Positions 1 to 12,404 of a stretch of DNA of 64,000 nt are shown here, piece by piece. The position numbers were made by a program, and so were the translations under genes. Position 1 is the stretch's first letter, and the number at the start of each line of letters is the position of its first letter. The notes below the pieces were generated by a model. It did not search any database. It was given only the letters and a program-made list of their open reading frames with translations, and was not told where the DNA came from. Origin of the DNA: Pseudovirgaria hyperparasitica (taxonomy: Eukaryota); assembly GCA_010093815.1 (NCBI GenBank), contig ML996578.1; one strand, given 5' to 3'.

Positions 1-1069
1 CCTCAAGATAACTCCCAACCGCCATCTTCCCGGCACTGTCGCCATTACGTATAGGCCACTTACACCAATCGAACGCATATACGCCCCATGGCGCGAGATA
101 GCTGCTGTTTGAGGGGGTTTGATCCGAAGACAGTGCTGCTGCAGGTCCTACGGTATCTTCCAGGCTAGACCCTGCCCTGGGTCTAATATCTGCCAACCCT
201 AGCGGGGACTGTGATAGTGCACCAGATGGCGTTTGCGGGTAGTATCTCGACGGAGTGGATGCCAATTTCGCGTTCTCGGGCGTGTTCGAGAAAGGTATGT
301 ACTTCTGTTCGAGGCCGGCAGGACTCGATCTGGAATATGTATGAGACGAACTCCCTCCTCCACCACCACCACCGGCACCACCACTCTGGTTTATGGTGTT
401 CGAGCGAGTAGGCAGTGTGTATTGCTGTGCATTCGTTTGTACTTGCGGCATTGTTGGGACAGTCGTGGGCGCGGTGTATGCGGAGGAAGGGCCTGGTCTT
501 TGATTTCCACCTGCTGGCTGGAGACTACCTGGAACGCCACCTGGAGAAGGTTGGCTCGGGACGTACTGATTGCCCTGAGGCGTGGCTTGCTGTAGGCTGA
601 TATTCGGAGCCCCGCCAGCAAACTGCTGCGGTGAGTCGAATGCCTGACCGTGTTGTTGAGGCGTGTGTAGACCTTGCTGTGCCGAGTGATGCTGACCCAT
701 TGAGCCCGGGCCGGTGGAGATGTGCAGTTCCTCTCCTCCTCTTCCAATAGTATTTGTCCGCCGTGGAGTCTCGAAGGGTTGCGGATTGTTCGCAGGGGCA
801 GAAGCGCTTGGGCCGGGCACCTGTGACGAGCCCAGCGCAGGCGTCGAGCCGCCGCTGAATGGACCAAGACCTGGAGCGTTCCCACTGCTTGGAAGAAGGG
901 AGTCTGTACCAGCAGCAGTCTGGCCTGAGGTTGCGCTTCTGAGATTTCCGGTTGGTGCGCCTATCGAGCCCAGCGCTCGGGCTGCTTGATAGATCCCCGC
1001 GGCGGGCGTGTTGCTTGAGGGGCCATGCTGCTGCTGCTGCTGTTGCTGCTGATGGTGGTGGAACGGCAT
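1..1069 (-). CDS. WD40 protein, DCAF7/WDR68/AN11 (yeast YPL247C)-like; 3' part lies outside the window
   Basis: Not in the ORF track because it runs off the edge. Hand translation from ATG 1069 is open to base 1: MPFHHHQQQQQQQQHGP...SSYLAPWGVYAFDWCKWPIRNGDSAGKMAVGSYLE. The end resembles the first WD-region motif of DCAF7 (Y.APW.VYA..W...LA.GSF.E). Confidence 0.8.
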   Translation of the reverse strand, partial: MPFHHHQQQQQQQQHGPSSNTPAAGIYQAARALGSIGAPTGNLRSATSGQTAAGTDSLLPSSGNAPGLGPFSGGSTPALGSSQVPGPSASAPANNPQPFETPRRTNTIGRGGEELHISTGPGSMGQHHSAQQGLHTPQQHGQAFDSPQQFAGGAPNISLQQATPQGNQYVPSQPSPGGVPGSLQPAGGNQRPGPSSAYTAPTTVPTMPQVQTNAQQYTLPTRSNTINQSGGAGGGGGGGSSSHTYSRSSPAGLEQKYIPFSNTPENAKLASTPSRYYPQTPSGALSQSPLGLADIRPRAGSSLEDTVGPAAALSSDQTPSNSSYLAPWGVYAFDWCKWPIRNGDSAGKMAVGSYLE

Positions 1070-1435
1070 GATGGCCGGACGAGGGCCGATGGCGAGTCCA
1101 GCGTAGGGGACTATGAATATCGCTAGAGGGAGAGAGGCTGGTGCTGTGAAGGATTGTGAACACTCAAAAGTGCCAGGGTGACTTCGCGCTGGTCATTCGA
1201 CGATACCTTACCGCCCGCATCGAGCTTGAACGGAGGTGACTAAGCGAAAGCTCACTTTCCACCCACCCACTCTCACTCCACCCTGAAAGTTCTCCGAGTC
1301 GAGCTTCGCCATAACCGCGTCCGGTGCGGGGGGATTCCAAATGGGAGAAGCAATCATGCCGACATCATCCACTGAACATATAACTCCAAATATCATCCGG
1401 CTCTGCGATCGCTTGTGAATATATATATATCAAAG

Positions 1436-2719
1436 ATGCCGCCCATCAAACCTCAGTCGTCATTGGTTCTCTTACCGCCGGCGCCAAGCTCCCCGACATA
1501 TGAGAACCTGAAGGCCGCTTACAACACGACATTACTCACTATTCTACGTGATGCATCTCTCAAACTTGATGGCACGGGCGGTGGAGCTGTGTTGGAGATA
1601 GCCCTGCCTTGTCCTCATTTGTATGGTCAAGAAGACGCGCCTCGCAGCACCCTGTACGAACCTACACAACGACTGCTCGCAAATCTGTATAAGCTGATCT
1701 GCGTCGTCTGCGCGAGGGGCTCAATCAACATAGAAGATGTAGATGGCGTCGACGTACGCTTGATTCTCGTAGCTTACCCCCGCAATGGCAAGCTACACCA
1801 TGCACAGTCAGGATCGCCCGAGGCAGACGCGGAGGGTCCAGTTGTCACTATTCAGACTTTAGCACGCAGTGGTCGGGTATGGAACATGGTATACGCCGTA
1901 GAGACTGAAGCAGGCGAGCAGATCCTACGGCATTTCACCACATTTCATCGCTCAGTGGCCCAGGTCACAAAAGTACGAGGAGGAATTGTGCAAGTGCTTC
2001 CGAAAGATGAACTCAACGCATCATCAGTGGCAGCATCAGATGGCCAGAAGAAGCGCAAGCATGCCTCGGTGGCCGTCGGAGGGACGTTCGATCATCTTCA
2101 TATTGGTCACAAGCTACTTCTGAGCATGACAGCCTTCATGGTCGATCGCGCAGCCGACACGCTAGACGCGACGGAGCAAGAACAGGATCGAACGATTATC
2201 ATTGGCATCACAGGAGACGAGTTGCTTCAAAACAAGAAATACGCCGAGCATCTGGAGAGTTGGTCTGCCCGCCAGCAATTCGTGGACGCGTACATGCGCT
2301 CCATCCTGGACTTCTCGGCGCATGGCCAGCACTTGATCAGAGTAGACGAGCGGACGGAACCTGGTCCGAACGGCCATGTTGTCCATGTTACATTGCCGTC
2401 TGGCCTGGTGCTTCAGTACGTGGAGATCTGGGATCCGTTTGGCCCGACGATCACGGACCAAGCGATCAGTGCGTTGGTGCTCTCAGGTGAGACCAGGCGA
2501 GGGGGAGCGGCAGTGAATTCGAAGCGGGAGGAGAAGGCGTGGCTTCCGCTCGAGGTGTTTGAGGTAGATGTACTCGACGCTGAAGAGGAATTTGCAGCAG
2601 AGGCAGCAGCAGCACATGGGTCGCCGAAGGGTGGACAAGACACGTTTCAGAGTAAGCTTAGTAGCACAGAGATTCGCAAGAAGTTGAGCGAGAAGGGTGC
2701 AGGAAGGAATAAGATGTAA
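1436..2719 (+). CDS. CAB4: Phosphopantetheine adenylyltransferase (CoA biosynthesis)
   Basis: Cytidylyltransferase-fold motifs VAVGGTFDHLHIGHKLLL, IGITGDELL, DPFGPTITD and KLSSTEIR. First ATG is at 1436. Confidence 0.88.
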   Translation: MPPIKPQSSLVLLPPAPSSPTYENLKAAYNTTLLTILRDASLKLDGTGGGAVLEIALPCPHLYGQEDAPRSTLYEPTQRLLANLYKLICVVCARGSINIEDVDGVDVRLILVAYPRNGKLHHAQSGSPEADAEGPVVTIQTLARSGRVWNMVYAVETEAGEQILRHFTTFHRSVAQVTKVRGGIVQVLPKDELNASSVAASDGQKKRKHASVAVGGTFDHLHIGHKLLLSMTAFMVDRAADTLDATEQEQDRTIIIGITGDELLQNKKYAEHLESWSARQQFVDAYMRSILDFSAHGQHLIRVDERTEPGPNGHVVHVTLPSGLVLQYVEIWDPFGPTITDQAISALVLSGETRRGGAAVNSKREEKAWLPLEVFEVDVLDAEEEFAAEAAAAHGSPKGGQDTFQSKLSSTEIRKKLSEKGAGRNKM

Positions 2720-4369
2720 TAGTAGAACATATACCTCGTACCATCTGCAGCATAAATCTAAATGACAGGCAGCCCTGGAGTGGGTCTGGAAGGCTTGGCC
2801 TGTTAAAAAATGGTGCACCTTACCGGGACTTTTTTTATCTGATATTCTCCGACATGCAGATATGCACGATGTATGTAAAGCAAAATGACGGGGCTGTAAG
2901 GTGATAATAAGAGCACAGATATGGACATTCGACATGAAAGACGATGCACGTTATATTCACGGGAGCAGAAGAAACATGTGGGTCTGATCCTTGTCAAAGA
3001 AAGTGTAGTTTCTACGTGGCGTACTGATGAGGGATAATTAGCATGTTTCGGCTTGACAGGTGTAGCCAGAGGCGTGTTGCGATCTATGTGGCTCGATACC
3101 ACTGAGCAGGATTGAGATGCTGCAATAAAAATGAGATGCTGCAGGGGGAGGGTACGGACAGGTAATGCATGCAAGGAGTTGCAAACGTCACCCGCATAGC
3201 GTGTTGTTCATGTGAGCTGCAAGTGAAGCTGCGGTGAGCGAAATGGATGCATGTGGTTTGCAAGAGGATTTCCATATCGGCGATCGGTGCGAGGAAGCAG
3301 ATGAAGAAGCCGTAAAGGCTAAAAGGGAATGCGGTCAAGCTATTCCGATGGTGGTGCGCTGTACGCTGTCCCCATGTGGAGAATGTAGTGTGTGTGTATG
3401 TACGTACTAAGACGAGCTAGTAAAGTCTAAGTTCTCCAACATGGTCCACCTTGCTGACTCCCGAGCCTTGTTTTGCATCATAGTCTGTGCAAAAAGACGG
3501 TTCGTCTCGACGGGACGGAGAAGAGCCGTGCCGTTGTCTGTCTCAATGGCTTCCGAGTTTCATTGAACGATCAACGACAACGTCTGTTCTTTCAATGATG
3601 CCAAGTGGCAGAAGACATGTATTGCAAACCAGGTAGCTGTGAACAGCGAAGCAGCGAGAGTACAGTATCAGCATGTCTCTTTTTGACTCTTTGAGTATTG
3701 TTGGACACATGCGGTGGGGTATTACTGCATGATACACGGCAGAAAAGTTTGATGGAAGCTTCTGGGCTGGTCGATTGTGCATATTTCTGCAGGCATGCAA
3801 GATCAAGTAATGAAGCAGTGCAGTGCAAGTGCAGTACAGTGCTTGGGATATTATGTATTTGGGTTCTGCAGCTGATCCGAAAAGTGCCGGTATGGACCGG
3901 GCCTTGCAACCGACGAGTAATTTTCTTCTTGTTTGCACGATTTTGCACGACTTTATCATGTCGACGACGCCCAGTACAGCAGCGGGTACATTTATTAATT
4001 GCATGATGGCAGCGATGGAAAATTGAGTGTGACGCCGGCGATATGGTCCGGAAAACGGCAAGACCAGTCCAGGACAGCTAGATTGAAGCCAGCTTGGGAC
4101 AGACGACAGACGACAGACTTGACATCCCAGCAACAGTTAGGTTCCTCGGCCTTGTGCAAGTCCCGGGCTCCTGGCGCACAAGGAGCCGAACATGTCAGGC
4201 GGCTCGCGTGGACTGATGATATGGCAAGCTTCGTCTAGCACGATCCATCCATGTAGTATTGAGCGAGACATGCATCAGCAGAGGATATGGAGGGATGGAG
4301 CGAGGGAGGAGGGGTCGCGTCGCAGCTTGATATCGCTGTTGGGGAGCTGTTGGAGCTGGGTATTGTGGT

Positions 4370-5472
4370 AGAGAGAGAGAGAGAGAGAGAGAGAGCAACT
4401 GGCGGCGGCGGCAGTGGACGCGCACGTCATGAGCGCTTATTGTGGCTGCATGATTGCCAGCGAAGCCTGCATGACAGGCATGAGGTAGTATCGTGTATTC
4501 TAGAGGAAGAGGAGGGAGGGTGTTGCTCGTTGTGGAGGTTAAGGTGGAGGTGGAGGTAAAGGATGAGGAGGAGGGTTGTGGTGGTTGGTGGTGGTTAGTG
4601 GTGGAGAGAGATGGAATTGAGGGAATGGGCGATTGGGATTGGTGGTAGAGGGGCTAGCAATTAGTCCATTTGGGACCAGTAAGGACCAGTAGGCAGCTTA
4701 ATAGCTTGACTAGCTAGTCGGCTAGTAGACATACCATACCATACCATACCATACATACATACAGTACCCATCCATACAGTACCCATACAGTCAGTACCCA
4801 TATATGGCTAGGGAGGGAGGTTTGTAGCAGAGGTGAGAGGTGTAGGTAATAGAGAGCGAGCAGTGAGAGGCAGTAGGCTGCTGGTCCATTTGGCGCGAGA
4901 CGGGCCTATACCCAGCTAATTCTGCCCCACCAACACCGCCAACTCTCGCTCTCGTTTCCCTCTCTGTCGCTCCCACCTGTCTTTTTATTGCCCTCTCTCC
5001 TCTCTCTCTCTCGACAGCCAACAGCCAACAGCTCCCCCCCCCCTCTTCATCCCCCCTCTGTTCCCCCTCATTGCTCGCCCCCTACACCCCCCTCCCCCCC
5101 TGTTTCCTCCCTCTGTGGTCCAAATAACTCTGCGCCTACACCCGCAGACCCGTTCCCGTTGTCTAAACACTGCTGAGGTGCATCAGATGTCGGTCATGTG
5201 ACTCGCTAGCAAGGGTGCAAAATCCGCTCTTAGCCAACCACAGCCTGCCCTGGCCTCTGCGCTGGTGCTCTGCCCTATCTCCACCACAATTGTCTTGGTG
5301 TTGTCGCCTCTATTACTCTACATAATACTACATCAATCAGATGAACCTGATCACTCATGTCTCCATCCATTTCTAGCTGACACCCACCACCCCCTTTCTC
5401 TCACTTCTCTCACTCTTTTCACACACGTACACACACGCACACACACACACACATACACATACATACATACAC
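4370..5472. repeat. Microsatellite cluster: (GA)n 4370-4395, (CATAC)n/(CATA)n about 4730-4762, C-rich tract about 5030-5100, (CA)-rich 5420-5472
   Basis: Simple repeats visible directly in the long intergenic region upstream of the 5847 gene. Confidence 0.85.
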
Positions 5473-5846
5473 GATACTATCTATTACTTACTCTCTGTAC
5501 CTCCGTCTTGCTGCAAATATCTTCTTCTCGTCTCTTCATCCTCCTCCGACATGTGCTGTTGTCATGCTGCAGCCGCTTCCGACCAGTATTAGCTTCTCTT
5601 CTCATGTGGCCCCGTAGCGCTATCGCTTCTGCATGCCCTCTTCACAATCTCTGCTTGCATTCTGCTCTGACTTCTCCAAAGTCTTTTCCACTCCTCCACT
5701 ACCGCTACTGTTGCTCTTCACTTACGCTCGTTCCTGTCCGTTGTCACTCTATCTGCGCCGCGCTGCCTGCTGTTTGCCGCTCCACTCGCGAAACAGGCCA
5801 TTTATCCGGTAGATGATTGAGTTACCCCGCCTAGACCGCCGCAGAC

Positions 5847-7538
5847 ATGGCTTCCAGTACTTTCATCTTGAAGCTGTCAAACGAACTACTGCGCGATGTC
5901 CTGGACCATATCGAGGCCGATCCCGAGAAGCTGGTTGGACTCGACCGTCGGGCGTACCTATCACAGGAGAGCTTTAGCATCAGACCGCCACCCATCCCAG
6001 AACGGAGCCAGGCACAGGACATTGGCAACTTTCGACTAGCTTGTAGGCGCTTCTCCGAGCTGGGCGCCATACATCAGTTCTCACGCGTCACCACGCGTTT
6101 TTCTCGAGGGGGTTTGAGGAGGTTAGAGAATATAGCGGGGCGGGAACACCTTGCCAAGCATGTTAAGAAATTTAGTTACATGGTACCGTATTTTTACGTC
6201 AAAGGTCCTCCTACCCATTCAACCCAACACCTCCAAATAGACTCCACTGACTTTGCACCACCTGCAGGCCGAGAAAGACTTAATGAACTGCTTCCCAATT
6301 TGCCCGAAAGTCTCGGTGCACTGGATGTGAGTCACTTTGTCACAAAAGCAACAGAACAGAGAGAGATCGTTGAGACCGAAGAAGATGTACGCGTTCTCAA
6401 GAAGGCATTACTAGCATTCACATCCCTCCAACATGTGCAGATTCTCAGAGTTCAGGACCATGAGGATCAAATGCTCATCTCTTACATTCGACAACACGAG
6501 CACAGCCATCAGCTAGTAGAGCTCAACTGGGCGCCAGCATGCTCGCACAGTACAAAGACTCTCGTCGTCGCTCTCCTTGCCTCCAGGTCACCATGCTCGC
6601 GCTTTTCCTCACCTATGCTAAGCCCGCAATCTGCCGTCGTGCTTGTGGAGCGGCCGTTGCAGTCGTTTTCGACTCTTGCAGAGCGGCTGACGTGTCTGGA
6701 GCTCCACTTCGACGATGGCAACGATCTTGACAACAAGATGCGCGAGCTATCGTCAGTCTTCAAGACTGTTTTCACTGCTGCAAAGAACATGCAAGCAGTC
6801 CATGTCGGCTTCCCATCGCACCGACCACTAGGCCTGAAACTCGAGGAGCTTTTCCATAATGTTCGGTGGGAGAAGCTAGTAGCTTTCGGCATTCAGTCCT
6901 GGAGACTGGATGCAAGCGAAATAATTGCCATGGCTAAGCGGCATCGAGAGCGACTAAAAGGCCTGAGGCTGCGCGACGTGCAGCTGAAGGAGGGCAGCAT
7001 GTGGAAAGACGTGCTAGGCTATCTGCACGACGACATGCTTCGCCTAGACTGGGTGAGTCTTCGTCGCATCGGCTACGAAAAGACCTTTGATGCACAGTGG
7101 TCCATGGGTGCCGAGGTGCCAGATGACCCGCCAGGTGGCGGGAGTGACAGCGACGACGAGAGCGACACCTGGGATCCGCATGCTGACCTTGACGACGATG
7201 ATGATAATTATGATGACATGGCTGATGACCAGCCACAGAGTCAGACAAACTTCGACAACGCAGATCAGGATGGAGACAGTGATTCCGACACCTCGACCTG
7301 GGAATCAGAAGATGGCACCGAGGCTGAAGAAGGTGCGTCTGGCGACGCTGGCATGGGCTTTCCACCGCTATCGCCAGACACTCCTTCAAGCCTACGCTGG
7401 TGCAACTGCAATGGCCACAATACGTACCCAAGCTCAGCCGAGGAGCTTGATGACGACGGTGAGATAGTCAGCAATGTCAAGAGGAAGATGTGGGAGAAGT
7501 GGGTCGTCAGAAGGTGCTTCCAACACAGCTTCAAATGA
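5847..7538 (+). CDS. F-box-like domain protein with acidic C-terminal tract; probable in-frame intron 6205-6267
   Basis: N-terminal ILKLSNELLRDVLDHI...DIGNFRLACRRFSELG, LRR-like middle region, Asp-rich tail. The 63-nt segment reads GT...CACTGAC...CTGCAG. Confidence 0.7.
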   Translation: MASSTFILKLSNELLRDVLDHIEADPEKLVGLDRRAYLSQESFSIRPPPIPERSQAQDIGNFRLACRRFSELGAIHQFSRVTTRFSRGGLRRLENIAGREHLAKHVKKFSYMVPYFYVKGPPTHSTQHLQIDSTDFAPPAGRERLNELLPNLPESLGALDVSHFVTKATEQREIVETEEDVRVLKKALLAFTSLQHVQILRVQDHEDQMLISYIRQHEHSHQLVELNWAPACSHSTKTLVVALLASRSPCSRFSSPMLSPQSAVVLVERPLQSFSTLAERLTCLELHFDDGNDLDNKMRELSSVFKTVFTAAKNMQAVHVGFPSHRPLGLKLEELFHNVRWEKLVAFGIQSWRLDASEIIAMAKRHRERLKGLRLRDVQLKEGSMWKDVLGYLHDDMLRLDWVSLRRIGYEKTFDAQWSMGAEVPDDPPGGGSDSDDESDTWDPHADLDDDDDNYDDMADDQPQSQTNFDNADQDGDSDSDTSTWESEDGTEAEEGASGDAGMGFPPLSPDTPSSLRWCNCNGHNTYPSSAEELDDDGEIVSNVKRKMWEKWVVRRCFQHSFK

Positions 7539-8692
7539 AGTTAGGTCACTGACCATTCCTGTCAATTCGCACTCGCGATGTACTTGTACGGCACAGCAAA
7601 CACACTTTCGGCATCACTCAGAGACTGCCTATCTTGGTATACTTCTTGTACATGACATTACACACCAATCGCGCCAGCTTTTCGGTATACGACATCGCTC
7701 GCCCTTCATTTCACACACATACATACACACACATATACACACACACACATACACGCCTTCGTGCCGATGATCCTGGGAGGCTGTACTCACTCACCATTAC
7801 GCTGATCAACGTCTTTTCAGAGACTTTTTTTTTATTTGGATACTATTTACACGCATGAGAGACGAGCAACGAAGTCACGTATGAGCACCATTTGAGAGAA
7901 AAAGTTGAACATGAATGAGTCCGGCGGCCAAACATCGATTATCAATCTGACTTTTTGTCAACCGTCCATTTAGACAGAGTTTTTGAGAACTTATCAGGAT
8001 TGTTTGAATCTGGGGCTCAGTTCGGGGCACGCACCTTTTTTCCAATCACTGTTTCTATGGAACTCGAATCTACCTCAGGATTGCTATATATACATACATA
8101 TATATATATCCCTTTATACACTACTTTCCCCAAGAAGTCTCAACATATAACGTGCAGGCAGCTACAATGGCCACACCACCTCAGCGGAAAGCCGCCACTC
8201 CTCTTCATTAGGAAGATTAGCTATGAATAGATATCTATTGTGACTTGGTCTTTTATGGTAGAGAAGAACCCGAGGCTCTTCCGGCTGAATCCCGGCGATA
8301 TGGGTTTGTGTACGTCCTGTCCTGCCTGCCAAGCGTATCCGGGTAGGGCTGATCGTGCTTTCTCCATGCGAGAGATAAAAAAGTGAGGCCTGCTAGATGA
8401 CGTTTCTAGTGGACATCCCGTGCTCGTAGTGGTTGTAGATCCATGCGACCTGTCGGTGGCTGTGGCAGAGCGGATGGCATGCATCTATCACAGGTCTTAA
8501 ATACACATATCTTTGTTTATATCTCCATGATTTGGACAGACAGAAACAGAATAGACGTACAGTGATTTTCCATATTTTCAAGCTCTAGAAAAACGTCTAC
8601 CATCTAATGTCCTACACCGAAAAGAAACCCTCCCCGGGGAAAAAAAATGCATTTCCTCCAAACCACCCCGTTTTTTCCCCTCTCTTCCTTTC

Positions 8693-9839
<1,147 letters not shown>

Positions 9840-10661
9840 TGGTGCTTGCGTGTCGAGATGGGAGAGGTGGTGGTTCAGGCTGTGAAGCTCCTTTCGCGCC
9901 TGTGCAGAGAAATAATTTATCGGCGGCCGCATCATCCGTACGTCCCGATGTCGGCTGGAACGTGGCCGAGCCAATAGCGGCAGAGCAGCAAACGCTTGTC
10001 AACAGTGTATGTATATGCAGGAGCAGGACTGCTGTCTGTAATAATGTTGGTGTTCTGGCTTCAAAACTTTATTTCTTGTACATGCAAGATACGTGAAGCA
10101 TATATCTGCCACATAGTCATCAATGTCAGCCCTGCTATGTATGGTTGAACGTCGAGTAAGGCCCCGAGTTCCCCGGATCCTCAACAACCTCCCCGTCCCG
10201 GCACGGCGTCACGAGTATCACGCATTATTATTCAAGGCATCCGGAGCTTTTTGCAATCGATAGTATAAATACTTTGTTCGACTATTATCCTCCCTACAAA
10301 AACCCCGATCATCTCTCCTTCCAACTTTCCCTGACGTGTCTTCTTGCTTTGCCAAACTGATACAAGCGAGTGAGTCCAGATTTTGGCCAGCACTAGAGCT
10401 TGTCTGCCAACCCTCCATTCCGGTCTCATTCGACGATACAAATGAGTAGTGGTGGTAATAGAATTCATACTGTGCATCGCATCTCCTTGAGCGAACAATG
10501 TGCGCTGTGATAACTAGGGAGCAAGCGCTCTACAGAGCCTCTGACAAGCCACCGCACTTGTTACCAATCCAAGCCCGTCGTGCATAACTCGTTGGCCTGG
10601 CCGCTCCTTGAGACACGATAGAAAGACAATTGGGTATTCAACTTGTACTCGAGAAATAGGC

Positions 10662-12404
10662 TTAGCGAATGGTGGCTCCTTCGAAATTCGGTGTTTCCGC
10701 TGTCAGATCGTTGCTCGTAACGTCTGGTGTAGCTTCACCGGTATTTTCAGTCGTGTTTCCTTCTTTTGAATTCGTTGCCGACTCTTCGTGTACTCCATTG
10801 CCATTAGATGTTACAGCCTCCTTCACCTTTGAAACGCCTTCATCGACTTTAGCCTTGACCTTTGATGCCGTACTCGCGCCTGTGCCAGACTTTGGCTTGC
10901 TCGACGCAGGCGCTGGAGCTGGGGCGCGGCGAGGAGGAGACTTGACTTCCACCTTTTCATGTGTTTTACTAGCCGAACTTGCCGTTGGTCGCATCATGCG
11001 TGCTAAGAATCCGCTATCAGGCGCGGCTGTGCTAGTCCTTGATTCGGATCGACTGGACGGTTGAGGTGGGAGAGATGCACGAGGCGCTTTCTTGACTGGC
11101 GCAGGAGGTTTGAAGCTCGAGGTGCGATCACGACCAGCAGGTTTGCGTGCTACTGAGGCTTCGGCCTCGTGTTTAGCGGCGGAGGAAGCAGTAGGCTGTG
11201 TCAAATGCGAGGGCAACTGGACCGGTCGAGTGGGTGACTTAGGCTTAGGTTTGACGAAACTACCTGTGGATGTCGAACCAGAAAGTCTTTCCTTGGCTGA
11301 TGAGGACGTAGAAGATGACATTGAGGCTCTTGGGGCTTTGGAAGTAGAGGGAGCTGGCTTCACAGGAGCTGTCTTGCTTGTGGCTGATGTCGGAGTCTTT
11401 GTTGGTGATTTGACAGCTGGTTTCACCGAGGTAGCTTTTGTTTGAATGGGAGCTGGCTTGCTAGTGGTGGTCGCCTTCAACTTTGCTTTTGCCTCTGCGA
11501 TAATAGAAGAGCCTCCATTGCTCTTGGCTGGCTCGGGCTTCTTTTCGGGCTTCTTCTCAGGCTCTGCAACTGGAGCTGGGGCTGCAGCTGGGGTGTCATC
11601 GGCTTTGGGCTTTGCAGTCGGAGGTTCAACGGTGGCATCAGGGACGGTGCTCGACGTGGACTTGGTCACCTGCTCGACTGGCTCTTGCGTCGCACGAGAA
11701 GCTTCTCCCGCGGAGACTGCAGGCGTGTCTGTGGAGTCCGATGGCTTCGTCACTGCCGGTGTTTCTTCTTTTACCGAATTGGGTTTGTCTGGGTTGATCA
11801 AAGGTGCTTCCACCTCGGTAGCTGGCCCGGACGAATTGGTCTTTTCCGTCAAAGGCTCTGTAGTGGGTGCATCTGGTGATGTTGGCAGAGCTTCAGCCTC
11901 AATTGCTGCAGTACTGTGCGGTGCGGTCTCTGGCGGCTGCGTATCAATGGCTCCGACAGTCTTGTCCGTTGGCTCGAGAATTGGTGTAGCTGTAGAGCCA
12001 GATCCAATGGCCGACTCTGGCACCACCTCGTCCACAACACCCATGTCCACGCTCATCTTACGTTGTTCGATTTCGTTGCTCATTGTTTTCTTAAGCTCTT
12101 CAATTTGTGCTATATCTCTGCTCTGTCTCAAGCTGAAACTCTCTCTTCGTTGGGCGAGAGGACTTGTGGCGTCGTAGTGACGACTTGTACTGCGCGCGGC
12201 GCTCGTTTCTCTTGGGAAGAAACCTGAAGATTCGACGGAGACAAAGCTGGCGCGTATCTTGGAGGTAGGACGACTGAGAGAAGTATCGCTTGTTATGGAA
12301 GCAGCGGGAGAGCGGCCACGGGGCTCTGGAGAGGTAGTCACGTCGGAGGTTTGCTCAAAGATTGCACGGAGGTTCCGAACGCCACTGGATCGATTTGTGG
12401 ACAT
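10662..12404 (-). CDS. 580-aa intronless Ser/Thr/Pro/Lys-rich, probably disordered protein of unknown function
   Basis: Long ORF with a good start (GCCATG) and islands that look conserved (GVRNLRAIFE, HLTQPTASSAAK, FLARMMRPTASSASK). Confidence 0.8.
   Translation of the reverse strand: MSTNRSSGVRNLRAIFEQTSDVTTSPEPRGRSPAASITSDTSLSRPTSKIRASFVSVESSGFFPRETSAARSTSRHYDATSPLAQRRESFSLRQSRDIAQIEELKKTMSNEIEQRKMSVDMGVVDEVVPESAIGSGSTATPILEPTDKTVGAIDTQPPETAPHSTAAIEAEALPTSPDAPTTEPLTEKTNSSGPATEVEAPLINPDKPNSVKEETPAVTKPSDSTDTPAVSAGEASRATQEPVEQVTKSTSSTVPDATVEPPTAKPKADDTPAAAPAPVAEPEKKPEKKPEPAKSNGGSSIIAEAKAKLKATTTSKPAPIQTKATSVKPAVKSPTKTPTSATSKTAPVKPAPSTSKAPRASMSSSTSSSAKERLSGSTSTGSFVKPKPKSPTRPVQLPSHLTQPTASSAAKHEAEASVARKPAGRDRTSSFKPPAPVKKAPRASLPPQPSSRSESRTSTAAPDSGFLARMMRPTASSASKTHEKVEVKSPPRRAPAPAPASSKPKSGTGASTASKVKAKVDEGVSKVKEAVTSNGNGVHEESATNSKEGNTTENTGEATPDVTSNDLTAETPNFEGATIR

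Noticed and set aside
7955..8600. Short ORFs between the F-box-like gene and LYS12
   Set aside because: No motifs, splice structure or codon bias; consistent with convergent 3'UTR/terminator DNA.
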